Positions 9,311 through 17,456 of a stretch of DNA of 53,147 nt are shown piece by piece. Both the position numbers and the translations under genes were made by a program. This DNA comes from a bacterium. GTDB lineage: Bacteria; CG2-30-53-67; CG2-30-70-394. The DNA is taken from contig JAJRSX010000079.1 of the NCBI GenBank assembly GCA_024278555.1, forward strand, positions 1-53,147, in the 5' to 3' direction. The stretch's first letter is position 1; every line of letters begins with the position of its first letter. The notes beneath the pieces were generated by a model. The model searched no databases. It was not told the DNA's origin and was given only the letters and a program-made list of their open reading frames with translations.

Positions 9311-10564
9311 ATGCCTACCGTCGCCCTCGCTCGCCGTCTCGCTGCTGCCCTGCGTGGTGGCGCGGCCCCTCTGTTCGTGCTCCTCCTGGCGGCGGATGCG
9401 GCGGCGGCGTGGCGGGTTGAGCTCACCCCCGGGGTACGCGTCGCCACCGAGGTGAGCGACAACGTCACCTTCGCGGACAAGGATCGTGACGCGGTCAACG
9501 ACATCTTTCTCACCGTGGAGCCCGCCCTCGACTGGACCCTCGACCGTGGCGACCTGCGCCTGGCGGGGCGCTCCCGCGAGCGGATCGAGCGGTTTATGGA
9601 GAACGACCAGCTGGACGGCAACGACCCGGGCCACCGGGTCACCCTCACCTGGCAGCCGACGGAGCAGTGGACCGTGGAGCTGCGCGAGGACTTCCAGCGT
9701 ACCCGCAACCTCGACGAGGCGGTCGCCGCCGGCGGGATCGTGGTCGAGCGCGAGCGGCGCACCACCAACGACGCCGGCGCCACCCTCACCTACCGTCCCA
9801 CCGAACAGGTCACCGTGTCGGCCGCCTACACCAACTACAACTCCCAGTCCGCCGATCCGCGCAACACCGACTACCTCCTCCACATGGGGCAGGTCACCGG
9901 CAGCTATCAGTGGACCGAACAGCTCGGCTTCAGCCTCGGGGCGAATATTCAGGACTACGACTTCAACCCCTTTCCCGGGAGCCGAGCCCGCTTCTTCACC
10001 CGCAACTACGGCCTCTTCCTCGGGGCCGGGTACCGGGTGAACGAGCGGTTGCAGCTCTCCGTCCAGCTCGGTGAGCGGCTCACCGAGCAGACCACCCGCT
10101 TCCCGGCCCTCGACGCCACCACCTTTCCGCCCCGCTTTACCGAGGAGCAGGACACGAGCTCGAACCTCGCGAACACCTTCTCCCTGGCGGCGACCTACCG
10201 GCTTGAGCGCGGCTCGATCACCCTCGACGGGAGCCAGGATCTCACCGCCACCGCCGGCGCCGGGGGGACGGTGGAGCGGCGCAGCCTGCGGCTGGCCGCC
10301 GACCGCTGGATCACCCCCGACTGGAAGGTGGGGGGCTCGGTCAGTTACAGCACGAACAAGAGCGATACCCTGCAGGCGGGGATCATCTCCCGCGATTCCC
10401 GCTCCCTGAGCGGCAGCGCCAACCTCACCTACCGGTTCAACGACGAGTGGAGCGGCGGCCTCGCCCTGCGTCGCCTCCAGTACCGCGACACCGCCATCGG
10501 CACCGAGGTTGTGCGCAACTCGGCGGTGGTGACGGTCACCGCCCGGTGGCGCAACCTCCTGTGA
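9311..10564 (+). CDS. Outer-membrane beta-barrel protein (polysaccharide-export/PEP-CTERM-system-like)
   Basis: Signal peptide, alternating amphipathic strands, N-terminal SDNV motif, C-terminal RNSAVVTVTARW. Confidence 0.65.
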   Translation: MPTVALARRLAAALRGGAAPLFVLLLAADAAAAWRVELTPGVRVATEVSDNVTFADKDRDAVNDIFLTVEPALDWTLDRGDLRLAGRSRERIERFMENDQLDGNDPGHRVTLTWQPTEQWTVELREDFQRTRNLDEAVAAGGIVVERERRTTNDAGATLTYRPTEQVTVSAAYTNYNSQSADPRNTDYLLHMGQVTGSYQWTEQLGFSLGANIQDYDFNPFPGSRARFFTRNYGLFLGAGYRVNERLQLSVQLGERLTEQTTRFPALDATTFPPRFTEEQDTSSNLANTFSLAATYRLERGSITLDGSQDLTATAGAGGTVERRSLRLAADRWITPDWKVGGSVSYSTNKSDTLQAGIISRDSRSLSGSANLTYRFNDEWSGGLALRRLQYRDTAIGTEVVRNSAVVTVTARWRNLL

Positions 10565-11316
10565 TGGCGGGCTCGGAGGTGGAGCGCGGCGAGGCCGGCC
10601 TCGCCCTGGTGACCGGCGGCTCCGGGGGGATCGGCGCCGCCGTGGCCACGGCCCTCGCCGAGCGGGGCTTCCCGGTGGCGGTCCACTACCACCGCCAGGG
10701 GGAACGGGCGGAGAGCGTTGCGGCGGCGATCCGCGCGGCCGGCGGCGCGGCGTGGCCGGTGGGGGGGGAGCTCGCGGACGGAGGCGAGGCCGAGGCCCTC
10801 TTTGCGGAGATCGACGGACTGGGCCCGCCGCTCGCGGTGGTGGTCCACTGCGCCGGGACGATCGCGGATTGCCGCGTCGAGAGGCTCAGCGAGGAGGCGT
10901 GGGACTCGGTGGTCGCCTCCAACCTCACCTCCGCGTGGCAGGTGGTGCGCCGCGCCGGGCGGCGGATGGTGCGGCAACGCGACGGCCACATCCTCCTGGT
11001 CTCCTCCATCGGCGGCGTCCAGGGCCGCTTCGGCCAGGCGAACTACGCCGCCGCCAAGGCCGGCGAGATCGGCCTGGCCAAGGCGGCGGCGCGCGAGTTC
11101 GGGGGCCGCAACGTGCGGGTGAACGCGGTGATCCCCGGTTTTCTGGAGACCCCGATGACCGCGACGGTGCCGGCGCGGGCGAAGGAGGCGGCGCGGGCAC
11201 AGAATTGCCTCGGCCGCTTCTCCACCGTGGCGGAGGTGGCACGCGCCATCGCCTTCATTGCCACCCTGCGCGATGTCTCCGGCCAGCTCTTCAACCTCGA
11301 CAGCCGGATCCTCTAG
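10564..11316 (+). CDS. 3-oxoacyl-ACP reductase-like SDR (FabG family)
   Basis: TGGSGGIG, GQANYAAAKAG, VNAVIPGFLETPMT; start overlaps upstream stop. Confidence 0.88.
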   Translation: MAGSEVERGEAGLALVTGGSGGIGAAVATALAERGFPVAVHYHRQGERAESVAAAIRAAGGAAWPVGGELADGGEAEALFAEIDGLGPPLAVVVHCAGTIADCRVERLSEEAWDSVVASNLTSAWQVVRRAGRRMVRQRDGHILLVSSIGGVQGRFGQANYAAAKAGEIGLAKAAAREFGGRNVRVNAVIPGFLETPMTATVPARAKEAARAQNCLGRFSTVAEVARAIAFIATLRDVSGQLFNLDSRIL

Positions 11317-11319
11317 TCG

Positions 11320-11439
11320 TTTTGGGGTCAGTTTTGGGGTCAGGCTTGCAAACTTGCAAGTTTGCCCGTTGATGGCCAACAGCGAGGTCCAATCTTGCAA
11401 GTTTGCAAGCCTGACCCCAAAACATGCCTGACCCCAAAA
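11320..11439. repeat. 30-bp perfect inverted repeat element (GGGGTCAG type)
   Basis: GTTTTGGGGTCAGGCTTGCAAACTTGCAAG 11331-11360 complementary to 11394-11423, with extra outer TTTTGGGGTCAG copies. Confidence 0.8.
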
Positions 11440-11486
11440 AATATCTGCTCCGGCCGCCCCCATTGGGGGCGGCCGGACAGTGGGCC

Positions 11487-11862
11487 GAAGCCGGTTGGTA
11501 AGCCGGATTCTGTCCCCGCCCCGGGGTTACCCCGGTGGGGCGGGGGGTGGTCATTCCTCTAGGCCCGTGGTCGCCCACGGGCTCCAGCAACCAACCCGAC
11601 AGCTTGGGCTGGCCGCCCTCGAACGCTGTCCTATTTGGTCTTGCTGCGGATGGGGTTTACCGAGCTGCCGGGGTTACCCCCGGCACTGGTGCGCTCTTAC
11701 CGCACCCTTTCACCCTTGGTCCCCTCGGAAGGGGGCCGGTCTACTCTCTGTGGCACTTTCCCTGGGGTCACCCCCGGCTGCCGTTAGCAGCCATCCTGCC
11801 CTGTGCAGTCCGGACTTTCCTCCCGTTCCAAAAGTGGAACCGGCGACCACCTTGCCGGCTTC
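11487..11862 (-). ncRNA. rnpB: RNase P RNA, class A
   Basis: Minus strand GAGGAAAGTCCGGACTGC, AGTGCCACAGAGA, GGTAAACCCC, ACAGAATCCGGCTTA; complementary ends GAAGCCGG/CCGGCTTC. Confidence 0.97.
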
Positions 11863-11913
11863 GACCCGCGACCATTGTAACGGGTGGAGGGGAGAGGGGA
11901 ATGGCCCCCCGCC

Positions 11914-11961
11914 ATCTCAGGGTGAGACAGGGGTGCCTCGCCATCCGTCTCAGGTTGGCAC
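11914..11961 (+). promoter_or_regulatory. Putative enhancer (bEBP UAS), second copy
   Basis: ATCTCAGGGTGAGAC-N6-GCCTCG-N6-GTCTCA, colinear with 5500-5453. Confidence 0.6.
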
Positions 11962-12084
11962 GCCCCCTTTGTAGGCCATGTGGCGCACCCACAAGCCATC
12001 CCGATGGCGGCGGCGGCGGCGGGCAGGGGTCGGCTGGTGGGGGTGGCTCAATCGGGCGTCACGGCTTCGCCACGACCGGGAGGG

Positions 12085-12100
12085 TGGCACGCCGGTTGCT
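12085..12100 (+). promoter_or_regulatory. sigma54 -24/-12 promoter
   Basis: TGGCACGCCGGTTGCT, consensus match. Confidence 0.8.
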
Positions 12101-12204
12101 GTGTCCGGGGTGGCCTTCGATTCCATTGAAACGGTTGCCCAGCCCCCGGCTCCTACCCACGGCGCCATTAATCCTGACTCAAACACGACCCACGGAGTAT
12201 CTCC

Positions 12205-12819
12205 ATGGTCTCCCTCGTCTACCGACTCGTCCTCGCCACCACCCTCCTGACGGTGGCCACGGCCCTACCTGCTGGGGCCGCCCTCTTTGCCCCGCCCGCC
12301 CTCCTGGCGCCGTCCGGTGATCCGGGCGCGGGGGCGCCGGTCGACCACGACATCACCGGCCTGGCCATCGACCTCACCCTCGACGCCACCCACCCGACGG
12401 CTGAGACGACCCACCTCGCCTACGACGTCGCCCTCGGCGACGACGCCAGCGCCACCGTCTGGGCGATCGTCGGCTTCTCGGTGATCCGCGGGTGGAGCGA
12501 GGGGGCGGTGGTGGGGGCGGTGGAGTCGCCCGACGGGTGGGACGGTGTCGTCGCCGCCCACTTCGGGGACTGGGCCGCGGCCGGCCCGGGGATCGGCGAG
12601 GGCGACCACCTCGGCGGCTTTGGCTACACCGTGGCGCGGAGCTCGGCCCCGAGCCAGCTCTACGTCTACTTCGTGACCAAGGACGGCGGCGACGCCTTCC
12701 CGGTCCTCTCCAGCGACCTCCCGGTCCTCGCCGGGTCCGAGGTCACGGTCCCCGAGCCGGCGAGCGCCGCCCTGCTGCTCACCGCCATCGGCCCCTTATT
12801 CCTGCGCCGGCGCGGGTGA
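12205..12819 (+). CDS. PEP-CTERM sorting domain protein
   Basis: GGAG RBS, signal peptide, C-terminal VPEPASAALLLTAIGPLFLRRRG. Confidence 0.85.
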   Translation: MVSLVYRLVLATTLLTVATALPAGAALFAPPALLAPSGDPGAGAPVDHDITGLAIDLTLDATHPTAETTHLAYDVALGDDASATVWAIVGFSVIRGWSEGAVVGAVESPDGWDGVVAAHFGDWAAAGPGIGEGDHLGGFGYTVARSSAPSQLYVYFVTKDGGDAFPVLSSDLPVLAGSEVTVPEPASAALLLTAIGPLFLRRRG

Positions 12820-12838
12820 GCAGTCGATCGCCCGTGAC

Positions 12839-12875
12839 AAAAAAAGGGGCGGGGCGGCCACAGCCACCCCGCCCT
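12839..12875 (-). terminator. Rho-independent terminator
   Basis: GC hairpin GGGCGGGGCGGC/GCCACCCCGCCC followed by T8 on minus strand, between convergent genes. Confidence 0.75.
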
Positions 12876-12886
12876 GGCTTGTGGAC

Positions 12887-13789
12887 CTAGGGCACCAGCG
12901 CGCCGCCGGAGAGGGTGCCGGCGATCGCCGAGCAGTCGTTGGTGCCATCGAAGGCGCCGTCGCCGTCGGCGTCGACGTTGCCGGTGAAGGTGCCGGTGAG
13001 GGTGCCGTCACCACCGATGGCGAGGGTGATGTCGAGGGTGGCGAGGTAGCTGGTCCCGGAGGTGGTGCCGACGCCGGTGAAGTGCAACTCGCTGCCGGTG
13101 TCGGCGGAGGTGCCGATGACGCCCACCTGCGCTGTGGTGCCGGTGGGGGCGAAGCTCATGATGACGTCCACCGTGCCGCCGGCGTTCGGCTTCAGGAGGA
13201 TGGCGACGTTGTCGGTGGCGGTGGTGCCGCGATACGGGTCGGCGCCGGTGCCACCCTCGGTGCAGGTGGTGGCTGCGTCGTCCACCGCCGAGATGAGGTC
13301 GGCGGAGACCGACTCGCTCGCCCCGAGGTCGGCGACCTGCTGGGCGGTGCAGATGGTCGTGTCACCGGAGAGGGTGACGACGAAGTTGCCGGTCGCCCCG
13401 GTGTCGGTGGTGAAGGAGCCGGTGAGGTCACTGCCGTTGACCACCCCGGTGAGGGTGTGGCTCTCACCATTGCGAGTGACGGTCGCCTGAAAGGCGCCGG
13501 TGGTGGCGTTCCAGGTGGTCACCGTGCCGGTGACCTGCTCGGCGTCGCCGCCGGTCGGGGTGAGGGTGCCGGTGAGGCCACCGGAACAATTGATGGTCGC
13601 CGAGAACGTGGAGTTCTCCGCCCCCTCGGTCCAGGTGCCGCCCCAGCTCCCCGCCACCCCGGCGGTCTCCGCGGCGGTGGCCGCCGCCGGCTTGGAGCTG
13701 CTGCCGCTGTCGCCGCATCCCACCGTCCCCAGGGTCAGGGCGACGACCGCCGCCACACATCCCACCATCCAACGTTGCCTTGCCATCAT
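12887..13789 (-). CDS. Thr/Gly-rich lipoprotein of unknown function
   Basis: AGGAGG RBS, lipobox TVGC, repeated beta-strand motifs (LTGTF/LTGSF). Confidence 0.8.
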   Translation of the reverse strand: MMARQRWMVGCVAAVVALTLGTVGCGDSGSSSKPAAATAAETAGVAGSWGGTWTEGAENSTFSATINCSGGLTGTLTPTGGDAEQVTGTVTTWNATTGAFQATVTRNGESHTLTGVVNGSDLTGSFTTDTGATGNFVVTLSGDTTICTAQQVADLGASESVSADLISAVDDAATTCTEGGTGADPYRGTTATDNVAILLKPNAGGTVDVIMSFAPTGTTAQVGVIGTSADTGSELHFTGVGTTSGTSYLATLDITLAIGGDGTLTGTFTGNVDADGDGAFDGTNDCSAIAGTLSGGALVP

Positions 13790-13983
13790 CGCGTCCTCCT
13801 TCTTGGGTTTCACGGTTAAGGGGCGCTCTTCACCCCGCTACGGCGCTCCTCCACCGTTGAAACATACATCATCGGCCCGTACGGGAAAAAACCGAATCAA
13901 CCCGACGGGGCAACGTCCTCTCTCGCCGCGCGGCAGGGCCGGGCCGTCCGACGGGCTCCTGGCGTGGGAGCCCACGGGCCGCC

Positions 13984-14295
13984 TCACGCCGGCGGCAGGG
14001 CCAGGATCGTGTGCTCCAGCCCCTCGATCTCCTGGCGGCAGGCGTTCACCTTGCGGATGAGGCGGGAGACGGTCTCGTCCTTGAGGATGTTGCCGGACTC
14101 CGCCTCGCCGGCGAGGAAGTGCACCCGGCTGCCGAGCTCCAGCAGCGTCAGGTCCATCTCCTTGCGCATCGAGCGGATCACCAGCCGCATCCGGCCGATA
14201 CGGGTGGCGCGGTTCGCCTTCGCCTTCAGCCGCTCGACGCCATCGAAGAGGGTCTCGACCCAGCTCGTCTGTTGTGTCGGTGTCTCATTTTCCAT
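13984..14295 (-). CDS. Hypothetical coiled-coil protein
   Basis: GGAG RBS, helical charged sequence, downstream of recG. Confidence 0.65.
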   Translation of the reverse strand: MENETPTQQTSWVETLFDGVERLKAKANRATRIGRMRLVIRSMRKEMDLTLLELGSRVHFLAGEAESGNILKDETVSRLIRKVNACRQEIEGLEHTILALPPA

Positions 14296-14361
14296 CGCTC
14301 GTCTCCAGCCCCTCTCCACCCGATCGCGGGCGGGCGATTTCATCGGTCCGGCGGCGTGGTG

Positions 14362-16470
14362 TCAACCGCCCTCCACGAGCCCCAGACGGTCGCCCCACAG
14401 TTTGATGGCGCGGGCGACCTCGTCGCCGGTGATCCCCTTGGCGAGGCGGGTCGCCGCCGCCCTGCGTGCCTCGATAAAGGTGTCGCGGTCGCGCACCGGG
14501 TCGGCGAAGCGGAGGCCGGTGTCGCCCCACTGGTGCAGGCCGGCGATCTCCCCCGGGCCGCGCTGGGCGAAGTCCGCCTCGGCGAGGGCGAAGCCGTCGG
14601 TGGTCCGTTCGAGGATCGCCAGCCGCTTTTTCGCCGCCTCGCCCTCCTCGTCGTCGCCGACCATCAGGACGCAGTAGCCGGGGGCGGTGGACCGTCCCAC
14701 CCGACCGCGGAGCTGGTGGAGCTGGGCGAGGCCGAACCGCTCGGCGTGCTCCACCACCATCACCGTGGCGTTGGCCACGTCGACCCCCACCTCGATCACC
14801 GTGGTAGCGACGAGGATGTCGATCTCCCCCTTGGTGAAGGCGGCCATGGTCGCTTCGCGCGCCTCCGTCGCCATCCGTCCGTGGACCAGCCCCACCCGCA
14901 ACCCGGCGAACGGGCCGTCGGCGAGCTCCGCCGCCATGCGGGTGGCGGAGCGGGCGCTCTCCGCGGTCTCCCGATCCACCGTGGGGTAGACAAAGTAGGC
15001 CTGGTGGCCCGCCTCCACCTGGCGCCGGACCCCGTCGTAGAGGCGGGCGCGCGCCGCCTCGCCGCGCACCACCGTCTCCACCGGCTGGCGGCCCGGAGGG
15101 AGCTCGTCGAGGAGGGTGAGGTCGAGGTCGCCGTAGAGGGTCAGGGCGAGGGTGCGTGGGATCGGCGTGGCGGTCATCGCCAGGAGGTGGGGGCGCTCCC
15201 CCTTTTCCACCATGGCGAGCCGTTGGGCGACGCCGAAGCGGTGCTGCTCGTCGACCACCACCAGCCCCAGGCGCCGGAAGCGCACCCCGTCGGAGAAGAG
15301 GGCGTGGGTCCCCACCGTGATCGCCGCGTCGCCGGAGGCGAGGTCCGCCTCCACGCTCCGGCGCTGGCGGGCGGGGAGGCTGCCCACCAGGAGCTCCACC
15401 CGCAGCCCCAGGGGCTCCGCGAGGGCTCGCACGGTGGCCAGGTGCTGGCGGGCGAGGAGCTCGGTGGGCACCAGCAGCGCCGCCTGCTCGCCGTTCTCCA
15501 CCGCCCGCAGGCAGGCGAGCAGCGCCACCAGGGTCTTGCCCGAGCCCACGTCGCCCTGGAGCAGCCGCCCCATGGGGGCGCCGCGGCGCAGCTCCTCCTC
15601 GATCTCCGCCACCGCCCGCCGCTGGGCACCGGTGAGGGAAAAGGGGAGGGCGGCGATGAGGCGGGCGCCGAGGGAGGGTGGTGTCCGGTACGGGGGGCGC
15701 CCCTCGGTGGTCCGTTGTTGCCGCGCCCACAACAGGGCGAGCTGGAGGAAGTAGAGCTCCTCGAAGACGAGGCGGCGGTGGTAGGGGGAGAGAAAGGCGT
15801 TGAGGGCGTCGAGGTCGGCATTCGCGGGGGGGCGGTGGAGTCCGAGGAGGGCCTCTCCCCGACCCGGCAGGTCATGGGCGGCGCGCACCGGCTCCGGGAG
15901 GTGGTCGGGGACGGCGGGAGCGTGGCGGCCGGCGAGGTGAAAGAGGAGCTCGCGCACGGTCCGCTGGGCGATGCCGCGGGTCAGGGGGTAGACCGGGCAG
16001 ATACGACCCACGTGGGCGCCGGTGGTGCCGTCACTCAGCTCGTGCTCCGGGTTGATCATCATCAGCCGCGCCGGCCGACCGCCGACGAAGTCGACGCGGC
16101 CGTGGACCACCACCGGCGTGCCCTCGGTGAGGTGTTGCGCCAGGTAGGTCTGGTTGTACCAGCGCACCGGCAGGGCGCCGCCGGCGTCCACCACCAGACA
16201 CTCAAAATACCCCTTGACGCGGCCGCGCCGCTCCTTCACCCGTGGGTCGGCCACCACCCCGGCCACCGTCGCCACCTCCCCCGGGCGGGTGTGGCGGGCG
16301 CCCTGGATGATGCGCCGATCTTCGTAGCGCAGGGGGAGGTGGGCGAGGGCGTCACCGAGGGTCTCGATGGCGAGACTCTTCAGTGGCCCCACCATGCGTC
16401 CCGTCACCCCCGAAAGCTCGGCGATGGGGGTGGCCAGGGGGAGGTCGGAGGCGGCAGGCAACGTCGCCAT
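14362..16470 (-). CDS. recG: ATP-dependent DNA helicase RecG
   Basis: RLLQGDVGSGKT, DEQHRFG, MTATPIPRTL, AERFGLAQLHQLRGRVGR, RGPGE. Confidence 0.97.
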   Translation of the reverse strand: MATLPAASDLPLATPIAELSGVTGRMVGPLKSLAIETLGDALAHLPLRYEDRRIIQGARHTRPGEVATVAGVVADPRVKERRGRVKGYFECLVVDAGGALPVRWYNQTYLAQHLTEGTPVVVHGRVDFVGGRPARLMMINPEHELSDGTTGAHVGRICPVYPLTRGIAQRTVRELLFHLAGRHAPAVPDHLPEPVRAAHDLPGRGEALLGLHRPPANADLDALNAFLSPYHRRLVFEELYFLQLALLWARQQRTTEGRPPYRTPPSLGARLIAALPFSLTGAQRRAVAEIEEELRRGAPMGRLLQGDVGSGKTLVALLACLRAVENGEQAALLVPTELLARQHLATVRALAEPLGLRVELLVGSLPARQRRSVEADLASGDAAITVGTHALFSDGVRFRRLGLVVVDEQHRFGVAQRLAMVEKGERPHLLAMTATPIPRTLALTLYGDLDLTLLDELPPGRQPVETVVRGEAARARLYDGVRRQVEAGHQAYFVYPTVDRETAESARSATRMAAELADGPFAGLRVGLVHGRMATEAREATMAAFTKGEIDILVATTVIEVGVDVANATVMVVEHAERFGLAQLHQLRGRVGRSTAPGYCVLMVGDDEEGEAAKKRLAILERTTDGFALAEADFAQRGPGEIAGLHQWGDTGLRFADPVRDRDTFIEARRAAATRLAKGITGDEVARAIKLWGDRLGLVEGG

Positions 16471-16555
16471 CCATTCTTGTCGCCCCCCCGGCGTCGTGGT
16501 AGGCTCCGCGCCCTTTTCGATCCGGTTCGGAACGACGTCACCGGGAGATGGAGCC

Positions 16556-16747
16556 ATGGCACATACTTGTGAGATCTGCGGCAAGGGACATCAGGTGGGG
16601 ATGAAGGTATCCCACGCCCACAACCGCAGCAAGAAATGGTGGCACCCGAACATCCAGCGGGTCCATGTGCTGGTGGCCGGGACCCGCAAGCACATGCATG
16701 TCTGCACCCAGTGCATCAAGGGCAATCGGGTGCAGAAGGCGGGGTAA
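16556..16747 (+). CDS. rpmB: 50S ribosomal protein L28 (Cys-containing form)
   Basis: CEICGK...VSHAHNRSKKWWHPNIQ...VCTQC. Confidence 0.95.
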   Translation: MAHTCEICGKGHQVGMKVSHAHNRSKKWWHPNIQRVHVLVAGTRKHMHVCTQCIKGNRVQKAG

Positions 16748-16979
16748 CGCGCCCCGCACTCCCCGTCCGCGCCCGATGGCGGCGGCGCCGGAGGGGCAAC
16801 GTGGACCTTGCCGCCCCGGTGGTGCGGCCGGCGTCTGGAGAGCAGGGTCGGAGTCTCGGCCCAAGGTCCGATCTCACTCCCAAACGGTGTCGGGGGAGTG
16901 CCGTTTATTTGGACTTCTTTGGAAAAGATACACGTTTTGTAGTCCGTTAATTTGAACGTAAACACTTCGAATTAGTTTT

Positions 16980-16988
16980 TGCTATAGT
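16980..16988 (+). promoter_or_regulatory. Extended -10 promoter in AT-rich island
   Basis: TGcTATAGT at the end of a ~90-bp AT-rich tract in a GC-rich genome. Confidence 0.45.
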
Positions 16989-17356
16989 GAGTTGCGCACC
17001 CACTCGCCGACGGGATGGAGGCGTGGGTCGGGAGGAGGAGCTCGAGGCCGCGGAGGCGGCCGCCCCCTCACGTCCCACCCCGTCGGCGACACCCAACCGG
17101 TGGCGTGCCAGCGAGAGCGGTGACGGATGGCGCAGCCCGTCGCGCCCCTGGTTACGCCCCCCGCGGGGGCCCTCCCCCCCGCGGGGACGGTGACGGGCGG
17201 CTGATGCACCCCATCTTTGCGTCGTGTCCTCGCCCGTGCTCCTCAACGTACAACTAGTACGCTTCGTCGCCCGGGCTGCGGGCCGGCACAAATCTGGGGT
17301 GGCTGGCGGGGCCTACAGATGGGGTGGGGGCGATAGACGGGATGTGGGGGTGATGG

Positions 17357-17443
17357 GGTAGGAGCGGGCCGTGCCCGCGATCCAGGCCCGAAGGGCCTGC
17401 CGCGGCCTGCGGCCGCGGATCGCGGGCACGGCCCGCTCCTACC
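17357..17443. repeat. GTAG-foot REP doublet
   Basis: Perfect 27-bp inverted pair GGTAGGAGCGGGCCGTGCCCGCGATCC. Confidence 0.85.
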
Positions 17444-17456
17444 GTTGGCGGGGCGG

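Noticed and set aside
11955-11972. Second sigma54 promoter (TTGGCAC)
   Set aside because: No GC at -12; it overlaps the last enhancer half-site
11480-12320. ORFs of 164 and 261 aa over rnpB
   Set aside because: Antisense to RNase P RNA and across promoter DNA
14011-16572. Long antisense or alternate-frame ORFs (853 aa here; also 5489-7168, 7771-9789, 31215-33221, 41471-43447, 46459-48234)
   Set aside because: Shadows of real genes in high-GC DNA; no motifs and biased R/G/P/V composition
16939-16966. dif-like site (GTCCGTTAA...GTAAAC)
   Set aside because: Arm spacing is too short and the XerD arm TTATG is missing
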